Shown: positions 8,587 through 18,521 of the stretch, piece after piece | How the letters are laid out: each line of letters opens with the position of its first letter | How positions within the stretch are numbered: the stretch's first letter is position 1 | Source of the DNA: a virus | Lineage: Duplodnaviria; Caudoviricetes | Virus record (IMG/VR): IMGVR_UViG_2974518066_000001 | Location: 1-64,000 of that record | Reading direction: 5' to 3' (one strand) | Length of the DNA stretch: 64,000 nt | Translations under genes and position numbers: made by a program | The notes under the pieces: generated by a model | Told to the model about the DNA's origin: nothing | Database searches by the model: none | What the model saw: the letters and a program-made list of their open reading frames with translations, nothing else

Positions 8587-9075
8587 ATGGGCGCGGCGAT
8601 CAAAGGAAAGGAAGCGGCGCGCAAAGCGGCCAAGGCGTCGATCGCCAAGCTGCAGCAGCGCGCCGCCGCCAACATCGAAGCGCTTGTCCGGGACATCGAC
8701 GAGCACATCAAGTCGTTGACTCCCGTCCACACCGGTCAGGCCGTCCGGAACTACATCTGGACGACCGGACGCCCGTTCGACGGTGTTTACGAAGCGATCG
8801 ACAATGGCCCCACCGGGCACACCAACTCCATGGCGCTGGGGTCCGAACCCCGGCGACCGCCGAACGAGGAAGCCGCCGCCCGCAGCCTCGACACCATCAA
8901 CTTCCGAAACCCGTTCACGACGATCTACCTCACCAACAACGCGCCGAACATCGAAGGGCTTGAACTCGGCCTCCTGCCGGGCGCTCCGATGGTAAGCCGT
9001 TCGCCTGCAGGCATGTTTGGAATGGTTAACTCGTTCGTCAACGCGAAGATTCGTGCTAAGGGAATCCTGTCATGA
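8587..9075 (+). CDS. HK97 gp10-like neck/tail completion protein
   Basis: TPVHTG.A..N, IYLTNNAP.I..LE.G, SP.GM. Confidence 0.75.
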   Translation: MGAAIKGKEAARKAAKASIAKLQQRAAANIEALVRDIDEHIKSLTPVHTGQAVRNYIWTTGRPFDGVYEAIDNGPTGHTNSMALGSEPRRPPNEEAAARSLDTINFRNPFTTIYLTNNAPNIEGLELGLLPGAPMVSRSPAGMFGMVNSFVNAKIRAKGILS

Positions 9076-9503
9076 GCAAAGAAGCCGAGCGCAAGTATCT
9101 GAGCCGGGTATTCACCCGCATCGGGGTAGACCTTCCGGTCAAGATGCCGAACCTTGCCTTCGACATCCCGAAGAACGCGCCATATGGTGAGTTCCACATC
9201 ATGGGCACCAAACCCTTCGTGGTCGGCGGCGCGGGCGAGAACAAGATCGTCAACCGCTATGTCGGCATGGTCCAACTGAACATCTGGATTCCAGAAGGGA
9301 AGGGGACGAAGGGCGCGGCCGAAGCAGGTGATAAGTTCGCCAAGATGTTCGCCCACAAATCCGGCCGAGACACGGCCGGATCGAACTATGTGTTCAAGGG
9401 TGCGGAAACAATCAATCCGGACGTGAAGAACGCCTATACGGTTCAGGTGGTCCGCATCCCATTCCACCGCGATACAATCGAATCGGTCGGCGAAACCCTC
9501 TAG
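9072..9503 (+). CDS. Tail terminator protein
   Basis: PN..FD.P, G.VQLNIWIP.GKG, V.IPF; synteny. Confidence 0.7.
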   Translation: MSKEAERKYLSRVFTRIGVDLPVKMPNLAFDIPKNAPYGEFHIMGTKPFVVGGAGENKIVNRYVGMVQLNIWIPEGKGTKGAAEAGDKFAKMFAHKSGRDTAGSNYVFKGAETINPDVKNAYTVQVVRIPFHRDTIESVGETL

Positions 9504-9548
9504 CTAGATAGACGGGACAAAATGAGTCAAGCGAAAACGACCTCGAAG

Positions 9549-9588
9549 GTTAGTTTAACTTGACTCATTAACCATTTTCAGTTACCAT
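9549..9588 (+). promoter_or_regulatory. Conserved promoter/operator, tail tube unit
   Basis: GTTAGTTTAAC-TTGACT, 17-bp spacer, TACCAT. Confidence 0.75.
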
Positions 9589-9654
9589 AACGGTCTCTTT
9601 CGCCCCCTCCGCTCGGGGCCACGCTCCCCGTATATCCATTGAGGGTTTTCATAC

Positions 9655-11487
9655 ATGGCACAGAAGCTGCTTGCTGACAGCAACCGCGCGTCCCTGCGCG
9701 AGATCGTCGAAGACAACGCGAAGTGGGGCGAGACCCCGGTCGCTGGCGTTTCCCGCGCCCGTCGCTTCACGACTTCCAGCATCACCGTCACGAAGGACAC
9801 CGCCGTCTCGGAGGAAATCCGCGACGACCGCATGACCTCGGCCGTCATCGAGACCGCCGCGTCGTCGGGCGGCGAAATCAATTGGGAGTTCTCGGCGGGC
9901 AACCTCGATCGCGATTTCCAGCGCGTCCTCATGGGTGCGTGGTCGCGTCCGATGGAGTTCGACCTGTTCCGTGGCGACCACATCTCGATCACCGCGAACA
10001 ACGTTATCCGCATCGCGGGCGACGACGTGTCGGCCTATTTCACGGTCGGTCGTCGCATCAAGCTGAGCGGCTTCGTTGCCCCGGCGAACAACGACTATCT
10101 CGAAATTCAGGCAGTCGCCTATGCAGGCGGCGGCACCCAGATCACCGTCACCGGCACGTCGCTGGTCGCGGAAGCCGGTTCGGCCTTCACCACCGTGTTC
10201 GACGCCAACGACGTTCTGGTTCGCAAGGCCACCACGCTGCGCTTCGGCAACGCGGGCGCCCGCACCATCGACGGTAACGGCACCGGCCCGTTCGCGGCCA
10301 TCGTCGCAGCCAAGCAGCTCGTCGCGGGTCAGCGCATCTTCGTCGAAGGCGTCGGCTATGAGAAGGCCACGCTGACCTTCGATGTCGTTGCCGATGGCGA
10401 AACTGTCGTCCTGACGGACGGCGAGAACAGCATCTCGTTCGAGGCTCAGGCCGACGCAACCGAACTCGACATCGACGCGCTCAAGTTCGCGATCGGTGCC
10501 GACGCAGCCGAGACGGCCGCGAGCTTCGCTGCCGTCGTCAACAAGGCCCGAGCTGCGGGTGACATCGCCATGGTGGCTGTCGCTGCGGCTGGGGTGGTTA
10601 CTCTGACTAACCTCCGCAAGGTCGAAGGCGAAGTCACGGGCGACGACAACATCGAAGTGACCACCGCTTTCGCTGGTGGCGACGCAACGCTGGGCGGTTT
10701 CTACAAGATCGTCTCGATCACCGACGACGTGATCACCGTGGACCGCGACGTGCCAGAGCTGGCCGCTGGCGCTCCGGTCACCATCAAGGCGTCGATGCTC
10801 CGCAACCCCGGCAAGTCGGCCGAGATCACGCCGCAGTCGGCGACGGTCGAGACCGGTTTTCAGGACGTTTCGCAGTTCTTCGTCACCGATGGTCTGCGCT
10901 TTGGCAACATCAGCCTCGAAGTCGCGGCTGGCGCCATCATCACCGGCACCACGACCACGCTGGGCCGCGAAACCAAGCGCCGCAAGACCGGCACTGCGCT
11001 GCTGACCTCGGCTGCGTTCACCCCGCTCGACGCCCCGGCGACCGAGAATGTTTCGGCCACCGCCAACGTCGGCGCGCTGGTTGCGAACGGCGAAGCCCTG
11101 ACCACCGCACTGCAGTCGATCTCGATCGCGATCGAAGGCAACCTGCGCGCTCAGCAGGCCGTGAGCAACAAGTTCCCGGTCGGCATCTCGGCGGGCCGCC
11201 TGAACGTCACCGGCACGATCACGGCTTACTTCGCCGATGGCTTCATGTTCGACAAGTTCCTCGCCCACGAGACGATGAGCCTCGCGTTCCCGATCATCGA
11301 TCAGGACAAGAACACCTATTACTTCACGATCCCGGCCTTCAAGATCATGTCCGACCCGATCGCACCGGGCGGCACCGATCAGGATGTCATGGAAACGCTG
11401 GAGTTCACGGCCATCCGCGACGCCGCGACGAAGTGCATGATGCAGATCGATCGCTTCTCGTCCACCGCCCCGGTCACCGCGCTGTAA
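9655..11487 (+). CDS. Major tail tube protein (610 aa, with inserted domains)
   Basis: E..WGETP, SEEIRDDRM, GGEINWEFS, GRLNVTGTITAYF, Y.FTIP. Confidence 0.88.
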   Translation: MAQKLLADSNRASLREIVEDNAKWGETPVAGVSRARRFTTSSITVTKDTAVSEEIRDDRMTSAVIETAASSGGEINWEFSAGNLDRDFQRVLMGAWSRPMEFDLFRGDHISITANNVIRIAGDDVSAYFTVGRRIKLSGFVAPANNDYLEIQAVAYAGGGTQITVTGTSLVAEAGSAFTTVFDANDVLVRKATTLRFGNAGARTIDGNGTGPFAAIVAAKQLVAGQRIFVEGVGYEKATLTFDVVADGETVVLTDGENSISFEAQADATELDIDALKFAIGADAAETAASFAAVVNKARAAGDIAMVAVAAAGVVTLTNLRKVEGEVTGDDNIEVTTAFAGGDATLGGFYKIVSITDDVITVDRDVPELAAGAPVTIKASMLRNPGKSAEITPQSATVETGFQDVSQFFVTDGLRFGNISLEVAAGAIITGTTTTLGRETKRRKTGTALLTSAAFTPLDAPATENVSATANVGALVANGEALTTALQSISIAIEGNLRAQQAVSNKFPVGISAGRLNVTGTITAYFADGFMFDKFLAHETMSLAFPIIDQDKNTYYFTIPAFKIMSDPIAPGGTDQDVMETLEFTAIRDAATKCMMQIDRFSSTAPVTAL

Positions 11488-11612
11488 TGGCGCGGCCGAT
11501 CGTCCTGCGAGGCGATAGCGGCAGCGCTTTCATCGAAGGCTTGGGCGGTCTCCGCCCAGCCGAGGATGTCCCCGGCGGCATTCACAGCTCCGACGAGCTT
11601 CCGGGCGGCTGA
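11487..11612 (+). CDS. Possible 41-aa peptide coupled to tail tube stop
   Basis: TAATG overlap; MARPIVLRGDSGSAFIEGLGG...ELPGG. Confidence 0.35.
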   Translation: MARPIVLRGDSGSAFIEGLGGLRPAEDVPGGIHSSDELPGG

Positions 11613-11749
11613 CGCCCAAACCTCTCCCCGAAATTGGAGCCACCCGATCCCGGCTCCTTCCCAGCTCCCCGACCTAGTTCGCTGGCGAACCGTGGCCCTC
11701 CTTGTCGGGAGGAGGGCCACACCCCTTACCCGACAAAGGCAACCGACAC

Positions 11750-12151
11750 ATGAATCTCTACGAGGCTTTCGAGAACACTCTGGTGGACGAGGGGAAGGAG
11801 TTCCCCCTGAGCGACACCGCGTTCATCACCCTGCTGCCGATGGGCGGCGACAAGGCGCGCCGCGCGTTCGATCGCATGATGGAACCCTACAGCCCGCGCC
11901 TCAACGCCGGTGGCAAGCTCACCGAGGAAGAGAACAAGGCGCTGAACATCAAGTTCTACGCCAACCACGTCATCCTCGGCTGGCGCGGCATCAAGGGCAA
12001 GGACGGCGAAGAGCTGCCCTACTCGAAGGAGAACGCCTTCTCCCTGCTGTCCGACGAGAAGCTGGCCCGTTTCTTCGCGCTGATCATCCGCATGGCCGCC
12101 AATGATGCGGCCTTCGAGGCGGAACGCGCTGAGGAAGACGCGGGAAACTAA
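11750..12151 (+). CDS. Tail assembly chaperone (gpG-like)
   Basis: ILGWRGI...LPYSKENA; ends in GGGAAAC TAA. Confidence 0.85.
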   Translation: MNLYEAFENTLVDEGKEFPLSDTAFITLLPMGGDKARRAFDRMMEPYSPRLNAGGKLTEEENKALNIKFYANHVILGWRGIKGKDGEELPYSKENAFSLLSDEKLARFFALIIRMAANDAAFEAERAEEDAGN

Positions 12152-12564
12152 TCTCCTACCTGAACTGGTCCTCCCGCACCACTGCGAAGAACTCGGAGTG
12201 GCTGCGGCAGGTTCAGAAGGAGACCGGGTTCAAGGCCAAGACGCTTGAGGATGAGCCCACTCTTGGCCGTCACCTCATGTGGATTTGGCAGGCGTTCACC
12301 GACCTGAACTATCGTCGAGGGACCGGTATGGCCGGTCCCATCCCCTTCACCTACACCGATATCAAGTCCTATTGCGAACTCAAGGGTATCTATTCCCTGA
12401 GCGAACGCGAACGACTTTTGCGCTTCATCGACGCCCTCGATCGCGAATGGATGAAGAACGCATACGAGGAACAAGAACGGCGCACGAAGGCGCCAGCTTC
12501 CTCCCCGCTTCCGGGCACCGGTAACGCACCGCGCCGTCCCCGAACACCTCCCCGGAAAGGCTGA
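12142..12564 (+). CDS. -1 frameshift extension of tail chaperone (gpGT-like)
   Basis: Slippery G GGA AAC at 12142-12148; the -1 frame is open to 12564 (W.AF.DL..RR.GMA.PIP..DI..YC). Confidence 0.85.
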   Translation, partial: GKLISYLNWSSRTTAKNSEWLRQVQKETGFKAKTLEDEPTLGRHLMWIWQAFTDLNYRRGTGMAGPIPFTYTDIKSYCELKGIYSLSERERLLRFIDALDREWMKNAYEEQERRTKAPASSPLPGTGNAPRRPRTPPRKG

Positions 12565-12588
12565 CCTCCCCAACCGTAAGGTAACCCC

Positions 12589-15500
12589 GTGACCATCGAA
12601 TCCCATGGCCTAAAGTTCGTCGTCGATACGAATGACCTCGCTCGCGGGTTCAAGAGCTATGAGTCGGCGGTTGACGGGGTTTTCGACAAACTCGACCAGT
12701 TCGAGGCTCACGTCGTCAAGACGATGAAGGGCGTCGCCAAGGCGGCAGGCAACAAGCGCGACATCGACAAGTTTGCCAAGAGCTTTGCAGCTCTTGGCAA
12801 CATCGATATCGATACTCGTGCTGCTGGTAAAATCAGCACTCTCTCCGCCGCAATGAGCAACTTTAAGGCGCCTTCGGCCGCTCAGGCAAACAACGCCAAG
12901 AAATTTTTTAACGCTCTGGGAAGTCTGCCCGACCTCTCCAAGGCGTATAAAGCTGTGTCTGCTATCCAAGGACTCTCGTCTGCAATGGCGGGGTTCAAGG
13001 CGCCTTCGGCTGCACAAGCGAAGAATCTAAAGGCGTTTGGCACGGCCGTCGCCGCTGCCGCGCCGGGCCTGCAGCAGCTTAAAGGTATTTCCGGAATTTC
13101 CGGGGTCGCGAACGAGCTGGCAACGGTCTCGCTGGCGCTCAAGGGCCTCAAGGTTCCTTCCAAGTCTCAGGTGACCAACCTGAACAACATGGCGCACGCC
13201 CTGCGTTCGTTCAACTTCGCGAACCTGCAAGGCGCTACGGGCCTCTACAGCTTTATCGCTGCCCTTAGCCGCTTTAAGGCTCCGTCCGCCGGGCAGATCA
13301 AGAATCTGCAGAACTTCATCCATGCAGTCTCCAACCTGCAAATCCCTCGCAACGGCGCTCAAGTAGCCCGCGTGCTCGCTGAGATCGCGCAAGCTGCTGC
13401 GGCTGCTAATGCTCGTCTTGGCGGCCTTCGTGGTAACCTTGGCGGTTTTCGCTGGGGATCGTTCCATCAAGGAGCCCGTGAGGCATCCATCAACATGATG
13501 GGGCTGCAGAACGCTTTCTCAGGCACCTTCCAGATCGGGTCCGCCCTTCGCACCCTGCTTGGCTCTCTGACCATTGGTGAGTTGGGCCGGAATTTCTTTG
13601 AGGCAACGAACGCAGCGCTCTCCTTCCGCGCAGGTATGAAGGTTATCAGCACCCAAGCGGGTTTTGCTGACAAGCAGTTGAAGTGGGTAGGCGACACCAG
13701 CCGGATGCTGGGCCTTAACCTCTTGGGCGCCCAAGAAGGGTTCATGAAGTTCGCGATCTCGGTTGACAAGGCCGGGGGATCGATCGGGCAGGCGAAGAAC
13801 ATCTTCAAAGGCTTCGGCACGGCGATGACTGTCCTCGGCGTCTCGACCGAGCGCCAGAAGGATGTTTTCCTCGCACTGCAGCAGGTCATGAACAAAGGCT
13901 ATCTCGGTTCGGAAGAACTGATGCAGCAGATCAACGAGCACATGCCCGGCGCGATCGGCTACCTCCGCGAGGAGACGAAAAAGCTGGGCGTTGATCTGCA
14001 AGATGCCCTTGAGAAGAAAATGCTCGACGGCACGCAGGCGCTGCTATTCCTTGCTAAGAAGTATCGTGACGAGTTCGGGAAGTCCCTGCCAGAAGCACTA
14101 GCGCGGCCGGCGACTCAGATGACGATTCTCAAGTCTAATATTTCCGATCTCTATCAGGCAATCGGCAAGGCAGGCGCCAATAAAGGGTTCGCTGACCTGC
14201 TTGCTCGTATCTCATCTTACCTAACCCCTGAGAACGTGGAGAAGTTCGCGAACATCGTCGGCGGAAAACTTGCCGAATATACGCGCAAAGCCGGTGATGC
14301 TTTCGACTACCTTTATCAGCGTTGGGACAAGATCAAGGGACCCCTCGCGACCACGCTCTCGTTGATCGGGAAGTGGATGATCGTGGCCGGGACGATGCAA
14401 CTTGCAAAGGGGCTGGTCTCGCCGCTCGTCGGCGCTTGGGGCGCCGCCAACACACTGCTTCCCAAGCTAAAGGAAGTGCGTGTGCTGATGAGCGCCATCG
14501 CTTCCACCAGCATCGTTACACCGCTCGCTGCAAACGGGGGAGCCGCGCTGACGGGCGGGTTCGCTGCCGCGCTGGCCGTAGTGAACAAGTTGAAATTCGC
14601 TGTCGCAGCAAACGGCGGCGTTTTCGGCGCGATGAAAGCCGGACTTTCTGGTCTCGCCGCGCCGCTTTCGGGGGTAACTGGCGGCGTCCTTGCGCTTGCG
14701 GGGTCGATTGCTGGCGGCCTCGCGGCGGCATGGGGAACGGCGAAAGTGGCGGCGGGCGAGGCCGGGGTCAAGATGGCGTCGGACCAGTATTCAACGGGAG
14801 AGATCATCAAGGGCATCTGGATCACCATGGGCGAAGAGGTCTCTGGTATCTGGAGTGCTGTTACAAAATTCCTTGATGAATCTGTTACCTATCTGGCAAG
14901 TAAGTTCGGCGTTTCGTTCTCTGGTATCGGTGAATTTGCCGCAAAGACGGCATTCTTCATTTCCTATTCGATGACCACTGCTTTTGAAGGCATTGCCCGT
15001 GCAGTAATTGCACTCGGAATGACCGTCAAGAACACCTTCACCACAGCGTTCAGTGCCGCCAAGAAAGCCGCCAGCGGTGATTGGATGGGTGCGGGCGCCG
15101 ACGCTTGGAATATTTTGTCGGGCAACGTCGCAGCGAACAGCTTCGGGGATGCTTACAGCGGCTACGGGAAAAAACTCACTGCCGAGGGTGTGCAGGAGGG
15201 TTGGAACAACCTCGGACGCGGCGCTGGAGCTGTCAGCTCTTGGTTGGGCGATATGGGCGCTAAGGGCCGCAAGGCCAACGAGGATGCTCGTCCGAAACTC
15301 CCACAGCTTGGAGGGGATCGCGGAACGAAGGACATCGCAGCGCTCTACGATGACGGCAACGCTGCCGATCAGTATGATCCTACCAAGCTACTGCGCAAGC
15401 CCAAACCCAAGGCGGGAGCAGCAGGCAAGGCCGCCCAGAAGGCGCAGCGCGAGTTCGAGGCTCTGCAGTCGGGCGTGGATTCGCTCATGCAGAAGTTTGC

Positions 15501-17850
15501 GGAAGACAACCCGATCTCGAAGATTCGCGCTGAGTTCATCCGCGATCTGACCGACGAAGGCCGCGTCCTGCTGAACGACAAGAGCTACAACCTCTTCTCG
15601 AAGAACCTGCAGGCCGACATGAACTCGGGCCGCATCTCGGTGCAGGGCCTGATCGACGCGATCAACTCGGGTGGCATCCAGCCGAAGGTTCTGGCGGACC
15701 TCAAGGCGCGCTACGGCACGGACACCAAGGGCATCATCCAGATGCTCAAGGATCAGCAGGCGGCCTATGAGGATAACGTCAAGGATGCGACCGTAAAGGC
15801 GCTGGACAAGACCTACAAGCAGACCGACCGGATCATGAAGCGTCTGGCGGACAGCGACCCCGTGCTCTCTGTCAAGCTCGACTTCTTCTCGAACCTGCAG
15901 GGCGCCGCGAAGGAGTTTCTGGACGGTAGCCAGTTCGCTGGTTTCGTCGGCGGCATCCGCGATGGCTCCATCAAGGCTGGCGACGCGACTGCCAAGTTCG
16001 TCGATATCCTCAAGAGCGGCGGCGCGGCGGCCAACCTGTCGGCCGAAGACATCAAGAGCCTGACCGGCGTCGTGAACCAGATGGGCGTCGCCTATACGCT
16101 GGAAACGAAGGCGGCCGAGCGTCGCATGGATGTTGTCGGCTCCATGATGCGTCAGGAGAACGAGAACCTTGCCCTTGCTCGTCTGTCGAACAAGGAACAG
16201 GAGATCGCATCCAAGCTGCAGGAAGTAATCCGCGCCGGGCTTGAAGCAAAGCGTCCGCTGGACGAAGCGCAGATCAAGAATGCTCGTGCGTATCTGGAGG
16301 CGCTGCAGCAGCAGAACACGCTTCTCGAAAAGCAGAAGACGCTCTTCGAGATGAATGGCCTTCGTCAGTATATTTCGGACACGCAGCAGGTTGCTGACGT
16401 GGTGTCGGCGCTCGACAAGGATACCTTCAAGGGACTCGAAGATACGCTCTACAACCTCGGCATGACCGGCAAGCTGTCGTTCAAGTCGATGCTGAACTCG
16501 ATCCAGTCCGACATCATGCGCTGGGCCTCGCAGGAAGTGACGAAGAAATTCATCAACATCCTCATGCCGGGCGCTCAGGAAAGCCTTGCCAAGGGCGGGT
16601 CGCCGTCCCTGTGGGGCGGCATCTTCAAGAAGATGGAGAAGACCGACGCGAACGACCCCAATGCCTACAAGACCAACGCTGAGCGCGTCGGTGAGATTGG
16701 TATGGGCAACCAGTTCAAGTTCGACAACTTCGGCGGACTCCTCGTGTCGATCGCCGATCCGACGACCCTGACTTCCGATTTCGGCAGCGGCAACGGCATC
16801 GCCGGGATCGCTGGTAAGGTCGGCGGCGGCATCTTCGACGGCCTGAGCGCTGGGGCCAAGGCGCTCAAGCCGGTGTTCGACGGCGTTGGCAAGGTCGTTG
16901 GCTTCACCACCGACCAGCTCGTCGGCGGGACCATGGGCCTCGCGGGCGGCCTGACCGGGCTGGGCACGCCGATCTCGAACAGCGGCGCCCCGGCCGCGTC
17001 CAACGCTTATGGCCTCCCGAGCCTCCCGATGGGGCTGGACACCAGCAGCGCTACCACCAGCGACATCGTGGTCAACGGTTCCAAGGCGGCCGACGCCGCA
17101 GTGACCAACGTGACCCAGACGTTCGGTCAGCAGATGACCAGCATGATGCCGATGATCGGTATGGCGTTTGCAGGTTCGTTCAAGAGCCCGATTGCTCAGA
17201 TTGGCAGCATGTTTGCCATGATGATGATGCAGCAGATGATGACCTCCAGCGCCACCGGCGGCGCGGGCGGTGGCATGGGTGGCCTCGCTTCGCTGTTTGG
17301 CGGCGGAGCAGGTGGCGGCGCTGGCGGCCTTGGCTCGCTGTTCGGTGGCGGCGGAGCTGCTGGTGGCGCGGGTGCCATGAGCTTCCTCGGCCCCGGCATG
17401 GCCATGGTCGGCGGCTCGCTCCTCATGGGTAAGCTGGGTAAGAAGATCGGTGGCACCGGCGGTAAGATCGTCAGCCTTCTGGGCGGCGGCCTGCTTGGCG
17501 GCATCACCGGCGGCGTCTTCAAGGAAGGCGGTCTGGTGGGCGCACCGGTTACCTCCATGTCGGCATCCCCGGCGTCGTTCGTCAACGCTCCTCATTACAA
17601 GGAAGGCACGGCGAACACCTCGGGCATCCCGGCGGTGCTCCACGACAACGAGGCTGTCATCCCGCTTTCGCGTGGCCGCAAGGTCCCGGTCGAACTGGCT
17701 GGCGGCGGATCGCGCGGCGGCAGCACCACCGTGGTCCAGAACTGGAATATCCAGACTCCGAACGCGGACTCGTTCCGCCGCAGTCAGGGCCAGATCGCGA
17801 CCAAGATGCACGCAGGCGCGAACCGGGCCTACCGCCGCAACAACGGCTGA
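12589..17850 (+). CDS. Tail tape measure protein
   Basis: 1753 aa; ALQQVMNKG....EEL.QQI.E..PG tape-measure motif; C-terminal PAVLH.NE.VIP. Confidence 0.92.
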   Translation: MTIESHGLKFVVDTNDLARGFKSYESAVDGVFDKLDQFEAHVVKTMKGVAKAAGNKRDIDKFAKSFAALGNIDIDTRAAGKISTLSAAMSNFKAPSAAQANNAKKFFNALGSLPDLSKAYKAVSAIQGLSSAMAGFKAPSAAQAKNLKAFGTAVAAAAPGLQQLKGISGISGVANELATVSLALKGLKVPSKSQVTNLNNMAHALRSFNFANLQGATGLYSFIAALSRFKAPSAGQIKNLQNFIHAVSNLQIPRNGAQVARVLAEIAQAAAAANARLGGLRGNLGGFRWGSFHQGAREASINMMGLQNAFSGTFQIGSALRTLLGSLTIGELGRNFFEATNAALSFRAGMKVISTQAGFADKQLKWVGDTSRMLGLNLLGAQEGFMKFAISVDKAGGSIGQAKNIFKGFGTAMTVLGVSTERQKDVFLALQQVMNKGYLGSEELMQQINEHMPGAIGYLREETKKLGVDLQDALEKKMLDGTQALLFLAKKYRDEFGKSLPEALARPATQMTILKSNISDLYQAIGKAGANKGFADLLARISSYLTPENVEKFANIVGGKLAEYTRKAGDAFDYLYQRWDKIKGPLATTLSLIGKWMIVAGTMQLAKGLVSPLVGAWGAANTLLPKLKEVRVLMSAIASTSIVTPLAANGGAALTGGFAAALAVVNKLKFAVAANGGVFGAMKAGLSGLAAPLSGVTGGVLALAGSIAGGLAAAWGTAKVAAGEAGVKMASDQYSTGEIIKGIWITMGEEVSGIWSAVTKFLDESVTYLASKFGVSFSGIGEFAAKTAFFISYSMTTAFEGIARAVIALGMTVKNTFTTAFSAAKKAASGDWMGAGADAWNILSGNVAANSFGDAYSGYGKKLTAEGVQEGWNNLGRGAGAVSSWLGDMGAKGRKANEDARPKLPQLGGDRGTKDIAALYDDGNAADQYDPTKLLRKPKPKAGAAGKAAQKAQREFEALQSGVDSLMQKFAEDNPISKIRAEFIRDLTDEGRVLLNDKSYNLFSKNLQADMNSGRISVQGLIDAINSGGIQPKVLADLKARYGTDTKGIIQMLKDQQAAYEDNVKDATVKALDKTYKQTDRIMKRLADSDPVLSVKLDFFSNLQGAAKEFLDGSQFAGFVGGIRDGSIKAGDATAKFVDILKSGGAAANLSAEDIKSLTGVVNQMGVAYTLETKAAERRMDVVGSMMRQENENLALARLSNKEQEIASKLQEVIRAGLEAKRPLDEAQIKNARAYLEALQQQNTLLEKQKTLFEMNGLRQYISDTQQVADVVSALDKDTFKGLEDTLYNLGMTGKLSFKSMLNSIQSDIMRWASQEVTKKFINILMPGAQESLAKGGSPSLWGGIFKKMEKTDANDPNAYKTNAERVGEIGMGNQFKFDNFGGLLVSIADPTTLTSDFGSGNGIAGIAGKVGGGIFDGLSAGAKALKPVFDGVGKVVGFTTDQLVGGTMGLAGGLTGLGTPISNSGAPAASNAYGLPSLPMGLDTSSATTSDIVVNGSKAADAAVTNVTQTFGQQMTSMMPMIGMAFAGSFKSPIAQIGSMFAMMMMQQMMTSSATGGAGGGMGGLASLFGGGAGGGAGGLGSLFGGGGAAGGAGAMSFLGPGMAMVGGSLLMGKLGKKIGGTGGKIVSLLGGGLLGGITGGVFKEGGLVGAPVTSMSASPASFVNAPHYKEGTANTSGIPAVLHDNEAVIPLSRGRKVPVELAGGGSRGGSTTVVQNWNIQTPNADSFRRSQGQIATKMHAGANRAYRRNNG

Positions 17851-17912
17851 TACCCTAAATGGGTGTCAGCCGGGGTTGACTTTCGCGAACATCAAGGTTA
17901 TCGAAACTAACT

Positions 17913-18521
17913 ATGAGCTTTCACGAGATTCTGTTCCCCGAAGCCATCTCCTATGGCAGCAGCGGCGGTCCAGCCTTCCTTACCACCATCATTGAGCTGG
18001 CCTCCGGGCACGAGCAGCGCAACATCGAATGGAAAGAGCAGCGGGCGAACTATGACGTAAGTCATGGCGTCAAGACCCGCGAGCAGATGGAAGAGCTGCA
18101 GGACTTTTTCTACGCTCGGCGCGGCCGGGCCTATGGGTTCCGGTTCAAGGACTGGATGGACTTCGAGATCGAGGACCAGCAGATTGGCCTTGGCGACGGG
18201 ACCACCCGCGTGTTTCAGGCGATCAAGCGCTACGAGCCGGATAGCGGCTATTTCTTCGATCGACCGATCCGCAAGCTCGTGCAGGGCACCGTCACGATTT
18301 CCCGCAATGGAGCCGTCATCGCGACCGGCTTCTCGATCGACTACAACACCGGCCTGATCACCTTCTCTTCGGCACCGGCCGCCGGGCAGATCATCAAGAT
18401 CGTGTCGGCGCAGTTCCATGTCCCCGTCCGCTTCGACGTGGACGAGATGAGCATCACCCATGACGATTGGGAACAGATGTCGTGGCCGTCCATCCCTCTG
18501 GTTGAGGTCAAACCCCGCTAA
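17913..18521 (+). CDS. Distal tail protein (DUF2460, GTA gp12-like)
   Basis: FHEILFP..ISYG..GGP, SGHEQRN, FFYARRG...GFRFKDW, FHVPVRFD. Confidence 0.92.
   Translation: MSFHEILFPEAISYGSSGGPAFLTTIIELASGHEQRNIEWKEQRANYDVSHGVKTREQMEELQDFFYARRGRAYGFRFKDWMDFEIEDQQIGLGDGTTRVFQAIKRYEPDSGYFFDRPIRKLVQGTVTISRNGAVIATGFSIDYNTGLITFSSAPAAGQIIKIVSAQFHVPVRFDVDEMSITHDDWEQMSWPSIPLVEVKPR

Noticed and set aside
2171-11750. tRNA or tmRNA genes in structured intergenic regions
   Set aside because: No cloverleaf with T-loop GTTCRA and CCA end recognised; tRNAscan/ARAGORN would be decisive
15388-17811. 807-aa antisense ORF (likewise 50123-52651, 53669-55627, 58603-60546, 9649-11268)
   Set aside because: Shadow ORFs opposite well-supported genes, expected from high-GC codon bias
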